From Acidiferrobacteraceae bacterium (GTDB lineage: Bacteria > Pseudomonadota > Gammaproteobacteria > HyVt-429), in assembly GCA_011052015.1 (NCBI GenBank), contig DRJZ01000149.1, positions 1 to 54,301 of the forward strand: 54,301 nt of DNA. The letters run 5' to 3'. Positions within the stretch are counted from its first letter, which is position 1. Every line of letters starts with the position of its first letter. Below, one piece after another: positions 11,408 through 21,542 of this stretch. The notes below the pieces were generated by a model. The model had not been told where the DNA came from. It saw only the letters and a list, made by a program, of their open reading frames with translations, and made no database searches. Made by a program: the position numbers and the translations under genes.

Positions 11408-12784
11408 TTACTCCACCTTACCCAATTTGGGGTTGATTCCTAAACTTTTGATTTTTCTATATAAATGTGTGCGTTCCATGCCCGATGCCTGGGCCAATTC
11501 ACTCACATTGCCACCACTACGTAACAGGTGGTATTCCAGATAGGCCTTCTCGAATTGATCGCGGGCATCACGTAATGGCAAACCAAAGGCATCGTCGGCA
11601 AAGGACTCGGTGGAGGCCTGCTTGCGGTTTCCCAGGGCCAATTCCACTTCGCTGCGCGCCACTTCCTCACCACGATTAAGAATCAAGAGTCGCTGTACCA
11701 AATTCTTTAATTCGCGAACATTCCCAGGCCAAATGTGATTTCGCAGCATATTCAAAGCGGCTACCGAAAACTTGCGATAGGGCAGGTGCTCCTTCTCTAC
11801 CATCCAGTTGAGATAAAAATTGACGATATCGGGGATATCCTCACGATGATCCCGCAAAGGTGGCACATGCAATGGTACTACATTTAATCGGTAGTAAAGA
11901 TCCTCACGAAATCTGCTTACTGCCACGGCGGCCTCTAAATCTTGATTTGTGGCAGCAATAATCCGTACATCAACATCAACGGTTTGGGTCCCCCCGACCC
12001 TCAAAAATCTGTTCTCCTCCAGGGCACTCAACAATTTGGCCTGGATATCCAAATCCATATCACCGATCTCATCAAGAAACAGCGTGCCCCCGGCGGCCTG
12101 CTCAAACCGGCCTGGGCGCACCTTGCCCCCCTCTTCGCTACCAAACAATTGAGTGGCAATATTGGATGGCGGTATGGCCGCCAAACTGATGTCAACGAAC
12201 TGTGCATGTTTGCGTGGGCTTTCGTTATGCAGACATCGAGCCACCACGCCTTTGCCACTTCCGGGCTCCCCGGTAATGAGTACCCAACTATCCGTATTCG
12301 CAGTGCGCTCGGTTTGTTCCCGCAACCGTTCCATGGGTGCGCTCTTGCCGATCAAGGTCGCTACCGGTTCCAGGCGCTGACGTAATCTTAAATTTTCCTT
12401 ACGTAATTTGTCGGTTTGTATGGCACGCTCAACTGTCACCAGTAATTTTGCCATAGACAAAGGCTTTTCAATAAAATCATAGGCCCCATGACGTATGGCC
12501 TCGACCGCAGTTTCGACACTGCCATGACCCGACATCATCACTACCGGCACATCTTGCCCCTCAGGACCGGACCACTCCTTGAGCAAAGAGATACCATCGG
12601 TATCCGGCATCCAGATATCCAGTAACACCAAATCAGGTCTTTGCTGCGAACGTACACGATTGGCCATGGTAGCATTTTCTGCGGTCTCGACTTTATAGTT
12701 TTCGTCTTCGAGAATATCCTTAACAGTACGCCGGATATCCGGTTCGTCATCAACCACCAGAATCATGGGGGGTGTTTGGGTCAA
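11408..12784 (-). CDS. ntrX: NtrX-like response regulator (REC, AAA+ sigma54-interaction-type domain, HTH)
   Basis: 458 aa. REC domain (VVDDEPDIR ... DIWMPD), Walker A GEPGSGKG, Walker B TLFLDEIGD. C-terminal Fis-type HTH. The GAFTGA loop is replaced by SEEGGKVRP. Confidence 0.85.
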   Translation of the reverse strand: MTQTPPMILVVDDEPDIRRTVKDILEDENYKVETAENATMANRVRSQQRPDLVLLDIWMPDTDGISLLKEWSGPEGQDVPVVMMSGHGSVETAVEAIRHGAYDFIEKPLSMAKLLVTVERAIQTDKLRKENLRLRQRLEPVATLIGKSAPMERLREQTERTANTDSWVLITGEPGSGKGVVARCLHNESPRKHAQFVDISLAAIPPSNIATQLFGSEEGGKVRPGRFEQAAGGTLFLDEIGDMDLDIQAKLLSALEENRFLRVGGTQTVDVDVRIIAATNQDLEAAVAVSRFREDLYYRLNVVPLHVPPLRDHREDIPDIVNFYLNWMVEKEHLPYRKFSVAALNMLRNHIWPGNVRELKNLVQRLLILNRGEEVARSEVELALGNRKQASTESFADDAFGLPLRDARDQFEKAYLEYHLLRSGGNVSELAQASGMERTHLYRKIKSLGINPKLGKVE

Positions 12785-12795
12785 TCGATTTTCTC

Positions 12796-15036
12796 CTAGG
12801 CCTGGATGTCGCCGGATTGCGACACTAAGTTATCATTATCACTACGATTTTTCTGAACGTCCATAGGCAACTGAATGGTGAGGCTGGCGCCTACACCCTT
12901 TCTGTTCTGCGCCCATACTGCGCCACCGTGTTCTTCAACAATTTTTTTGACGATGGCCAACCCCAATCCATTACCCTTCTCTTTGGTGGTCACATAAGGC
13001 TCGAATAGCCGACCCAGCAATTCTTCCTGAAACCCAGGTCCATTGTCCAATACCGTCAACTCCACATAACTGCGATCCGCCTCCTGGACAAAGCGCGTGT
13101 CCAACTCGATTCGCTGGTTCTTATTGCCTGCTAAGGCATCCCGGGCATTGGTCAGCAAATTATTAAGCACCTGTCGCAAACGACTTCGATCAGCCAAGAT
13201 CAAAGGTAGCCGGTTATCCAGGTTCAGATCAAGGACCGCTGCATTGCCTTCGCCACGATACAATTCAACCACATCTTCGACCAGCTGATTGAGGTCCATT
13301 TGCTCGGGCTGCATTTGTTTGAGTTGTGCGTAGTTGGAAAAGGCATTGACCATGGATTTCATGGATTCGACCTGTTCGGAAATGGTTCGGGTAGCACGAT
13401 CCAGGGTCTCTTGCTCATCCTTGTCCAGCTTACTCATACACCGGTGCCGGATACGCTCTGCTGATAGTTGAATGGGTGTTAAGGGATTCTTGATCTCGTG
13501 AGCCAGTCTACGCGCCACTTCGCCCCAAGCTGCGTCCCGCTGGGCCTGGATGAGCTTTGTCACGTCATCAAATACCACTACATATCCACCGCCTCGTCTC
13601 TTGCTAGCGCCCATTTTGGTACCACGACTGGTAATAACCTGCCGACCACGGGCTCCCACTACGGTCACTTCGGTGCGCCACTCCGGAATTTCATTATCTA
13701 TGGCATTTTGAATCACATTAAAAAAAGGCTCAAGCTGTGAATATGACGTATTCAAGTTTTTTAGCGTGCTACCAATATCCTGTTTAAGGTTCACCAGAAG
13801 AATGTCACTGGCTGCCGAATTCAGGGTTCGCAAGCTACCTTTAACGTCAAAGGATAATACGCCAGATGACAAGTGGGTTAACACTGTTTCAAGATAGGTA
13901 CGCTGGTCTTCGGTCTCTTGCTGACTGCGCCTGGCCACAGTCTGGGCCTGTTTAATCTTACGTGTCATCTTATTAAAGGATTTGACCAACACCCCCAGTT
14001 CATCACTACTGGATTCCGGCAATTGCTTGTCATACTCGCCCTGGGTGACTGCCCGAGTCCCTTCGGCAAGATCCCGCAAGGGCGCAGTCAACGCCCGTGC
14101 CGAAAAAATTGCGGCCCATACTGCGATAAGCAAGGTCATCAGGGTCACCAAAGTAAGCGTCAGCACAAAGCTCAGTTTCAAGGGTCCGCGCAAGTAGGCC
14201 AATTTATTAAATTCGGTAGAGGCTGTTTCAACGCTCTTACCCAGCTTGCTATAACGCAAAGGCAGCGGTTCGCGTACCTGCAATATACGCACCGGTTGTT
14301 TGACATCCAGGGGATAGATCGGAATAACAATCTGCAGCTCCAGATTTTCGTCACCAGTGGGTTCCAGGTTGGCATAGATCTCTCCCTGACGAAGCCGAGA
14401 CAACACTGAAATACTCGGACGATTGGGGATCAAGGAACCCGTATAAAGATTGCTCGACGCAATGATACGGCCGTCCTGACTTAGAAGCGTGACTTCAGTG
14501 AATCCCGCCTGTTCGCGAAGATCATCAAGAGCCCGCACCATGGCCTGCTTGGAGTTGACCAGATCCAGGCCCGTTGCCAGGTTCTGTACCCGTTTAACGC
14601 GTTCTTCCTTAACCGCCTCAAGCGAGGTACGGCCCAACAACAAGGCATCGTCCAGGGCCTGCTCGATGCGCACATCAAACCAACTATCAATTCCCCGATG
14701 CAGGAACTGCACCGAGATGTAATAAACCACTGCCAGCGGTATAATGGCCAACAGCACATAGATGCCAATCAACTTTAGCGTCAGCCGAGACCCCAATATC
14801 CCTGCTCGCATTTGCAGCACCATGCGATAAACATGAGCGGCGATCAGCACCATCAACGCGATGATACCCACCACGCTCACCCCAAGTAGGGCAGAGTAGT
14901 AGACACCATAGACCTCGGAATGCAATGCGGCGGCACTGAGCATCGCCAGCGTCACAATCAGCAGGGTGCTGAGCACGACAGCCGGGACAGGTCCCATTAA
15001 GAAGCGGGTGAGGTCTCGACGCTCCATCGGGTCCAA
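12796..15036 (-). CDS. ntrY: NtrY-like sensor histidine kinase (TM, HAMP, PAS, HisKA, HATPase)
   Basis: 746 aa. N-terminal TM helices, H-box HEIKNPLTPIQLSAERI, N box LLTNARDA, G boxes DNGPGF and GNGLGLAIV. Confidence 0.85.
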   Translation of the reverse strand: MDPMERRDLTRFLMGPVPAVVLSTLLIVTLAMLSAAALHSEVYGVYYSALLGVSVVGIIALMVLIAAHVYRMVLQMRAGILGSRLTLKLIGIYVLLAIIPLAVVYYISVQFLHRGIDSWFDVRIEQALDDALLLGRTSLEAVKEERVKRVQNLATGLDLVNSKQAMVRALDDLREQAGFTEVTLLSQDGRIIASSNLYTGSLIPNRPSISVLSRLRQGEIYANLEPTGDENLELQIVIPIYPLDVKQPVRILQVREPLPLRYSKLGKSVETASTEFNKLAYLRGPLKLSFVLTLTLVTLMTLLIAVWAAIFSARALTAPLRDLAEGTRAVTQGEYDKQLPESSSDELGVLVKSFNKMTRKIKQAQTVARRSQQETEDQRTYLETVLTHLSSGVLSFDVKGSLRTLNSAASDILLVNLKQDIGSTLKNLNTSYSQLEPFFNVIQNAIDNEIPEWRTEVTVVGARGRQVITSRGTKMGASKRRGGGYVVVFDDVTKLIQAQRDAAWGEVARRLAHEIKNPLTPIQLSAERIRHRCMSKLDKDEQETLDRATRTISEQVESMKSMVNAFSNYAQLKQMQPEQMDLNQLVEDVVELYRGEGNAAVLDLNLDNRLPLILADRSRLRQVLNNLLTNARDALAGNKNQRIELDTRFVQEADRSYVELTVLDNGPGFQEELLGRLFEPYVTTKEKGNGLGLAIVKKIVEEHGGAVWAQNRKGVGASLTIQLPMDVQKNRSDNDNLVSQSGDIQA

Positions 15037-15575
15037 TCGCTATTGAGATGCCAGGGGGTGGCCAGGTAGGCCAGGGGGCGCAGTGGTACCGGCAGGGCCT
15101 CCACATCCATAAGCACCCGCATCTCCAACCAGTACTGGTTTGAGTCTGCTTTATTTTCAATCGTCACGGGCAAGGAAACCCTATCCAGGGTGCCCACATA
15201 CTTAAGCGCTCGACTTTGGGTTGCAAAACTTCGTGACTCTCCGGAATTTTGCAAAGTCACGATATACAGGCCGGATAAGGCGTGATACTTCACCTGAGCC
15301 CGCAAGGTCCACTGTCCAAGACGCTTGTCCCAAAACCAGCGTGCTCTATACACCGCAAACTCTATCAGTATATCCAAGGGAATCCCACTGGTCAGCGCGG
15401 CTTCCACATCCTCACCTAAAACCAAGTCCATGTCTGCGGTGACGATCACCGCTTTGTCTGCCAACCAGGCTTGGGTGTTTTTGACCCGAAATTCACCCGC
15501 TACGGCGCTCGTTGCCACCAGCAAACCCATCAGCACCATGGGCGCATAACGTTTAAATTTTCTGCACGGCAGCAT
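14997..15575 (-). CDS. DUF4390-like periplasmic protein
   Basis: Start at MLPCRKFKRYAPMVLMGLLVATSAVA (signal-peptide-like). Conserved position between rsmB and ntrY. The family call is from memory. Confidence 0.6.
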   Translation of the reverse strand: MLPCRKFKRYAPMVLMGLLVATSAVAGEFRVKNTQAWLADKAVIVTADMDLVLGEDVEAALTSGIPLDILIEFAVYRARWFWDKRLGQWTLRAQVKYHALSGLYIVTLQNSGESRSFATQSRALKYVGTLDRVSLPVTIENKADSNQYWLEMRVLMDVEALPVPLRPLAYLATPWHLNSDWTRWSVETSPAS

Positions 15576-16854
15576 AATAGAAACCATCCATTCCAGCCTG
15601 TCCCGGAATACATTGCCTTCCGAACTTAAGCGCCACACCCATTGTCATCGTAGTCGTCAGTGCCCGGGTGTCCGGATGTTTTGCCATAAACCACTCAAGT
15701 TGATTCTCACCCTCATCCGGCAATATAGAGCAAGTCGCATAGACAAGCTTACCGCCACTACGCAGCAGGGGCCATAGGGAATCTAATAGATTTTTCTGCC
15801 GAGCAGCCAGGGCCTCAATATCTTTGGGGGTGCGCAACAATTTTATATCCGGATGGCGCCGAATGACACCGCTGCCTGAACAGGGCGCGTCAAGCAGGAT
15901 ACGATCAAAGGCCTCACCATCCCACCAGATCTGGGGCTCCAGTGCATCGCCTTCCACAAGCCTGGCTTTTAAGCCCAGGCGTTTCAGGTTCTCCTGCACC
16001 TTTTGCAGGCGATTGGCCGACACATCCAAGGCCACCAACTCCCGAAGACGGGGCTCAGTCTCAAGGATATGACAAGCCTTGCCCCCAGGTGCGGCACAGG
16101 CATCCAACACCCGCTGACCCGGTTTCAGATCCAGTAATGGCGTAGCTTGTTGGGCAGCCAGATCCTGCACCGCAACCAAGCCTTGCTCAAATCCTGGTAA
16201 GGCGCTGACCCCCAAGGGCTTCTCAAGGATAATGGCAACCGGTGAGTGGGGACTTGTGGAAGCCTTGATGTGGCTGTTTTTTAATGTTTCGAGATAGTCC
16301 TGTGGCTTACATCGAAGCCTATTCACCCGCAAGCTCATCGGCGGTTTTCGGTTATTAGCCAACAGAATGTCTTCCCAGCGATCGGGCCAGGCTTGTTTGA
16401 TTTTCTCCACCAGCCAACTGGGGTGAGCACTCAAAACCGCAGGGTCCGAATTTAAATCTCGAATCAAGGCTTCGGCCTGCCGTTGGTAACGGCGCAGCAG
16501 GGCATTCACCAGACCCTTGGCCCAGGGTTTGCCCAACGGCATCACTGCGGCCACGGTTTCGTCCACTGCGGCATGGGCGGGAAGGCGCATTTCACGAAGT
16601 TGGTAGAGCCCGACGAGAATCAAGGCATGGAGGTCGGCGTCTTTGGCCTTCAAGGGCCGATCCAACAACGCCCGGCTAAGTGCATCCAACAGACCATACC
16701 AACGCAAGGTGCCAAATACCATCTCCCGTAACCGTGGAAATAGGTAGAGATCGGCCCTTGTGCGGCGACCCACCGTTGTCATGGCCTTGTCCAGAGACTG
16801 GCCTTTTTGGCTGACTTCGACCACCACCTGGGCCGCCACACAACGTTCATTCAC
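15553..16854 (-). CDS. rsmB: 16S rRNA (cytosine967-C5)-methyltransferase
   Basis: 433 aa. NusB-like N-terminal half. SAM-methyltransferase motifs DACAAPGGK, DAPCSGSG, YATCS. Lies downstream of fmt. Confidence 0.93.
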   Translation of the reverse strand: MNERCVAAQVVVEVSQKGQSLDKAMTTVGRRTRADLYLFPRLREMVFGTLRWYGLLDALSRALLDRPLKAKDADLHALILVGLYQLREMRLPAHAAVDETVAAVMPLGKPWAKGLVNALLRRYQRQAEALIRDLNSDPAVLSAHPSWLVEKIKQAWPDRWEDILLANNRKPPMSLRVNRLRCKPQDYLETLKNSHIKASTSPHSPVAIILEKPLGVSALPGFEQGLVAVQDLAAQQATPLLDLKPGQRVLDACAAPGGKACHILETEPRLRELVALDVSANRLQKVQENLKRLGLKARLVEGDALEPQIWWDGEAFDRILLDAPCSGSGVIRRHPDIKLLRTPKDIEALAARQKNLLDSLWPLLRSGGKLVYATCSILPDEGENQLEWFMAKHPDTRALTTTMTMGVALKFGRQCIPGQAGMDGFYYAAVQKI

Positions 16855-16890
16855 CCCTCACCCCACCCCCTGGGTGCCAGACGCCAAGCT

Positions 16891-17832
16891 TCACGCCCCC
16901 AACACATCGCCAGGTTTTAGCTTATGACCATTTAAAAATTCCGGCAGGGCCATGGGGCGGCCTCCCGGCATCTGTAAACGCTCAATCAGCAACCCACCTT
17001 CGGCTGTGGCAATACACAGACCTTCGGCATCCGCCCTCAATATCGCTCCGGGCGCCCCGCTTGGTGTTCCACCGGTCAGGACGGTGGGCTGGGCTTGCCA
17101 GATTCTCATAACCTGACCGGACCAGCGAGTCCAGGCTACCGGCCAGGGGTTCAGCGCCCGCACCTGACGCGCCAACTCATCCGCAGGCCGGGACCAATCA
17201 ATCTGCGCCTCGGTCTTGGTGAGTTTGGGTGCATAACAAGCCTCGGCATCATCCTGGGCCCTGGCCACAAGCTTGCCGTCTTCAAGCTGCCCCAGTGTGC
17301 CGACCAAAACCTGAGCACCCAGTTGGGCCAACTCATCGTGCAGCATACCGGCAGTATGGTCTTCACGAATGTCTATCTTTCTCTGCGCCAGTATGGCCCC
17401 CGTATCCAGGCCTGGGTCCATCTGCATAATGCTAATACCTGTAGCCGTGTCACCGGCAGCGATGGCCCGTTGTATTGGTGCCGCCCCTCGCCAGCGGGGC
17501 AACAAAGATGCATGCACGTTGATACAGCCCAGTCGAGGAATAGCCAGGATGGCCGCAGGCAGGATAAGCCCGTAGGCGACCACCACCATAACATCGACCC
17601 CCAGGGAAACCAGGGGTGATATCTGCGCACTGAACGTCTGGGGTTGATAACAACTTAAGTGGTGTTCCTGAGCATAGGCCTTGACCGCGCTGGCGCGTGG
17701 TGCGCGACCGCGGCCCGCAGGTCGATCAGGTTGGGTATACACCGCGCGCAACTCATGTTCGGATTCATGGATAGCCACCAAACTGGCTAAGGCAAATTCC
17801 GGGGTACCGGCAAAAACGATACGCAGCGGCAT
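16891..17832 (-). CDS. fmt: Methionyl-tRNA formyltransferase
   Basis: 313 aa. MPLRIVFAGTPEFA, NVHASLLPRWRGAAPIQRAI. Part of a def-fmt operon. Confidence 0.96.
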   Translation of the reverse strand: MPLRIVFAGTPEFALASLVAIHESEHELRAVYTQPDRPAGRGRAPRASAVKAYAQEHHLSCYQPQTFSAQISPLVSLGVDVMVVVAYGLILPAAILAIPRLGCINVHASLLPRWRGAAPIQRAIAAGDTATGISIMQMDPGLDTGAILAQRKIDIREDHTAGMLHDELAQLGAQVLVGTLGQLEDGKLVARAQDDAEACYAPKLTKTEAQIDWSRPADELARQVRALNPWPVAWTRWSGQVMRIWQAQPTVLTGGTPSGAPGAILRADAEGLCIATAEGGLLIERLQMPGGRPMALPEFLNGHKLKPGDVLGA

Positions 17833-17837
17833 AGAAG

Positions 17838-18341
17838 CTAAGACACGTTACGTAATTGCTTGAGCATTTTCTTGCGTATGCGCTCTCGCTTTAAGGGCGA
17901 CAGATAGTCGACAAAGACCTTGCCGTCCAAATGATCCATCTCATGCTGAATACATACCGACAACAAACCTTCGGCATCTAACACGAACGGTTCACCGTCG
18001 CGATTCAGGGCTCGCACCTGTACCCGCTGGTAACGTTCTACGACGTCATAAATACCGGGTACCGACAGGCACCCTTCTTCTGTCTTCTGTTTACCGTCCT
18101 GGTTCACAAACTCTGGATTGATAAACACCCTTAAGTCGTTACGTTCCTCAGAGGTATCGATAACAATGACCCGCCTGAGGACGTCCACCTGGGGAGCCGC
18201 CAAACCTACACCGGGGGCCTTGTACATCGTCTGGGCCATGTCATCCACGAGCCGCCGAATCTGGGCATCCACCTCGTCCACAGCTTTGGCAACAAGGTAC
18301 AGTCGTGGGTCTGGGTACATCAAAATACTAAGCGTGGACAT
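17838..18341 (-). CDS. def: Peptide deformylase
   Basis: 167 aa with the three PDF motifs [13 protein letters not shown] and HEMDHL. Confidence 0.96.
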   Translation of the reverse strand: MSTLSILMYPDPRLYLVAKAVDEVDAQIRRLVDDMAQTMYKAPGVGLAAPQVDVLRRVIVIDTSEERNDLRVFINPEFVNQDGKQKTEEGCLSVPGIYDVVERYQRVQVRALNRDGEPFVLDAEGLLSVCIQHEMDHLDGKVFVDYLSPLKRERIRKKMLKQLRNVS

Positions 18342-18403
18342 AAACTCTCTTACTAAAGTCAGTTAACTCAACAGTTGCAATAATGGCTTCTTAGCAGCAT
18401 TCT

Positions 18404-18461
18404 TTACCACAGAAAACACAGGGTTGTAACACCTTTAATTCTCTGTGACCTCCGTGGTGAA
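18404..18461. repeat. Degenerate short copy of the CACAGAG-type palindromic element
   Basis: ttaccacagaaaacacaggg ... ctctgtgacctccgtggtgaa. Arms are only partly complementary (about 11 of 15 positions by eye). Confidence 0.35.
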
Positions 18462-18743
18462 TAAGCGCAATACGAGATTGAGGGGCATAAAAAAAGAAAA
18501 CGGAAATCTCGCAATTCAGATTTCAACCGTACACCTGGAGTTCAGGGTGAAATGGCCCAAAAACCCCATAAAGAATGATTCCTACAGGTCTCAACCGGGG
18601 CCACGAGGCACCCATACGATCCAAACATAGCGAATGCGATGCCCAAACTGACGGCCTGTCGAGCGTCAAATTGCTGACCGGTGACCATCAATAGCAGACG
18701 CTCCGACTTGTAGCACGGCCAAACTATCGGCTAGACTGGCCCG

Positions 18744-19763
18744 ATGCGAATCATCAGCTTGATCATTCTAACACTATTGGTGGGCACACCGGCCCTGGCT
18801 GCGGTGGAGCTACAGCCCAATCACCCCGAGCGCTATACCGTGGTCCCAGGCGACACTTTGTGGGGTATTGCCGGCAAGTTCCTCAAGGACCCGTGGCGCT
18901 GGCCCGAGTTATGGAAGCGAAACGATCAAATCAAGAATCCCCATTTAATCTACCCAGGGGATGTGATGGTCTTAACCTTCAACGCCAAGGGTGAAGCAGA
19001 ACTCCACGCCCTGCGTAGCAAACGCCTCACGGTCAAGCTATCACCTGCCATCTTTACTGAGCCAATCCAAGAGGCGATCACCACCATTCCACCCAAGGCG
19101 ATTCAGCCTTTTCTAAGCCAACCATTGGTGGTGGACGACAAGACCCTGAGTGAGGCGGGCTACGTCACCGTGGGCGTAGAAGATGAAATTATCCTCGGCA
19201 AATATAGTAATTTCTATGCCCGGGGCATCAAGGGCAAGCCGGGTGATCTATTCAACATCTTTCGGCCTGGCAACAAATTTAAGCACCCGGAAACCGGCGA
19301 GCTCCTGGGGCTGGAGGCAATCTACCTGGGTGAGGCGCGACTGTTGGTTGCCGGTGACCCCGCCAAACTCGAAGTCACCCAATCCCGAAAGGAAATTATG
19401 CCCACCGATCGGATGTTACCCACACCCGAAGAAAGTCCTCTGCCTCGCTACCATCCCAGGTCACCGGAATCTGACATTCGTGGATATATCCTATCTGTTC
19501 TAGGCGGGGTCAGTGAGACCGGCTCGACCAGTATAGTGGCTATTAGCCTGGGCAAGCGCGATGGTCTCAAACAAGGTCACGTCTTGAACATCTTACGCCA
19601 CGCAGGAACACATAAAGACCCGGTAACCAAGAAGACATATTCACTGCCCGACGAGATCACGGGCCAATTATTGGTGTTTCGGATTTTTGAACGCGTCAGT
19701 TACGGATTCATTCTGGAGGCCATCCGCCCGGTCAAACCCATGGACACCGTGCGCACTCCTTGA
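18744..19763 (+). CDS. LysM domain-containing secreted protein
   Basis: 339 aa. Signal peptide MRIISLIILTLLVGTPALA. LysM-like YTVVPGDTLWGIAGKF. Conserved position upstream of dprA. Confidence 0.8.
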   Translation: MRIISLIILTLLVGTPALAAVELQPNHPERYTVVPGDTLWGIAGKFLKDPWRWPELWKRNDQIKNPHLIYPGDVMVLTFNAKGEAELHALRSKRLTVKLSPAIFTEPIQEAITTIPPKAIQPFLSQPLVVDDKTLSEAGYVTVGVEDEIILGKYSNFYARGIKGKPGDLFNIFRPGNKFKHPETGELLGLEAIYLGEARLLVAGDPAKLEVTQSRKEIMPTDRMLPTPEESPLPRYHPRSPESDIRGYILSVLGGVSETGSTSIVAISLGKRDGLKQGHVLNILRHAGTHKDPVTKKTYSLPDEITGQLLVFRIFERVSYGFILEAIRPVKPMDTVRTP

Positions 19764-19805
19764 AGACCGAAGCTTCCACCTCATAGTGACAAGGGATGTC
19801 AAAAA

Positions 19806-20915
19806 ATGGAAATCAAGGACGCCCCCTACTGGCTTAGCCTGCATCGGCTACAGGGCATAGGTAATGCCAAGCTTCTAAACCTCATTGCCCACTTCAAAAG
19901 CGCTGAGGCCGTATTTGCTGGCCGCCGTGCAGACCTGTCAGCGATCCTGGGGAACCACCCGGATGTGATAGCGTCTATCCAAAAAGGCCCGGATCGGTCG
20001 ATGATTGAAGCCGATCTGGCTTGGCTGCAACAAGGCCACAACCATTTGATATGCATACTCGATACGGGTTATCCACCTTTGCTGCGAGAGATTCCCGATC
20101 CGCCTGGCCTGTTATACGTCAAGGGTCAGTCCAGTCTGTTGGCAGACCCTCAACTCGCCATTGTCGGTAGTCGAAATCCCACTCCTGCGGGTGTCGAGAC
20201 CTGCCAACAATTTGCCGCCCACCTGTGTCAGGCGGGATTGACCATCACCAGCGGCCTGGCCCTGGGCATTGATGCCGCTGCCCATGAGGGCGCACTACAG
20301 TGTAATAGCAACACCATTGCCATCACGGGGACAGGCCTGGATCGGGTTTATCCTGCGAGCCACCACGATCTGGCACACCGTATCGCAGAACATGGCGCTT
20401 TGGTGTCGGAATTTCCTTTGGGCACACCCCCCCAACGGGGAAACTTCCCCCGCCGCAACAGAATCATCAGCGGTATCAGCCTGGGGACCCTGGTGACCGA
20501 AGCAGCCTTACGCAGCGGATCCTTGATCACCGCCCGTCTGGCCGCAGACCAAGGGCGTGAGGTGTTTGCCATTCCCGGATCCATCCACTCGCCCCTATCG
20601 CGGGGGTGCCATCAGCTGATCCGCCAAGGAGCAAAATTGGTGGAAACCGCCACCGATATACTCGAAGAACTGTCCCCCCTGGCGGCCACCTGGATCCAAC
20701 CTGACAACGTCAAACCGAACCAAACCGGGGCCACAGACATTGATCCGGGACTCGCTACGCTACTGGCTTGCATAGGCCATGAACCGGTCGACCCGGACAT
20801 GCTCGTAAAACGCACCGGATTGACGGCCGCCCAGGTTTCCTCCATGCTGTCGCAAATGGAGTTGCTGGGGCTGGTGTCCATATGCCCAGGCGGGTCCTAC
20901 ATGCGCAAAACTTAA
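19806..20915 (+). CDS. dprA: DNA-processing protein A (Smf)
   Basis: 369 aa. Rossmann-like core GSRNPTPAG, SGLALGIDAAAH, NRIISGIS, VTEAALRSGSLITA. Confidence 0.92.
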   Translation: MEIKDAPYWLSLHRLQGIGNAKLLNLIAHFKSAEAVFAGRRADLSAILGNHPDVIASIQKGPDRSMIEADLAWLQQGHNHLICILDTGYPPLLREIPDPPGLLYVKGQSSLLADPQLAIVGSRNPTPAGVETCQQFAAHLCQAGLTITSGLALGIDAAAHEGALQCNSNTIAITGTGLDRVYPASHHDLAHRIAEHGALVSEFPLGTPPQRGNFPRRNRIISGISLGTLVTEAALRSGSLITARLAADQGREVFAIPGSIHSPLSRGCHQLIRQGAKLVETATDILEELSPLAATWIQPDNVKPNQTGATDIDPGLATLLACIGHEPVDPDMLVKRTGLTAAQVSSMLSQMELLGLVSICPGGSYMRKT

Positions 20916-20938
20916 GAGGCACTAAGGTTTCCCTCACC

Positions 20939-21421
20939 ATGAAAGAAAATGTACTAGAAGTGTTGATGTATTTGTTCGAGAACTACATGGATGAGGACTC
21001 CGAACTCAACACCGACCAACAAGCTCTCATCAGTAAACTTTCCCAGGCGGGGTTTCAAAGTACGGAGATCACCAAGGCCTTTGCCTGGTTAGAAGATCTG
21101 TCCGCCATGTGTGATGATGAAGCCAAAGGCTTAATCAGCAACACGCCCCAGTCGGTCCGTCATTTCTCTTCGGATGAAGAGAGAAAGCTTGATGCGATCA
21201 CACGCGGCTTTTTGTTGAGACTGGAGCAATACGGCATACTGGACGGCTTTAGCCGCGAACTGGTTGTTGACCGCATTATGGCCCTGGAAACTGAAGAGAT
21301 TGATCTTGAACAACTGAAATGGGTCGTCATGATGGTGCTCTACAATCGGCCGGATCGCGAGGAGACCTATGCGTGGCTGGAAGATCTTGTGTTTGAGGAC
21401 TTTCAGGATGCCGTTCACTAG
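20939..21421 (+). CDS. smg: Smg (DUF494) protein
   Basis: Start at MKENVLEVLMYLFENYMD. Typical Smg N-terminus and position between dprA and topA. Confidence 0.85.
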   Translation: MKENVLEVLMYLFENYMDEDSELNTDQQALISKLSQAGFQSTEITKAFAWLEDLSAMCDDEAKGLISNTPQSVRHFSSDEERKLDAITRGFLLRLEQYGILDGFSRELVVDRIMALETEEIDLEQLKWVVMMVLYNRPDREETYAWLEDLVFEDFQDAVH

Positions 21422-21542
21422 GCTGCTGTCACTGAAGCCCCACCACAATCTGGCAACCCCTTTCAATTACGATCCAGCAAGTTACACCCACGCCGACAAC
21501 CTACCCGATCGAACCTGAACCAGATCCTCCACGCATAGCAAT

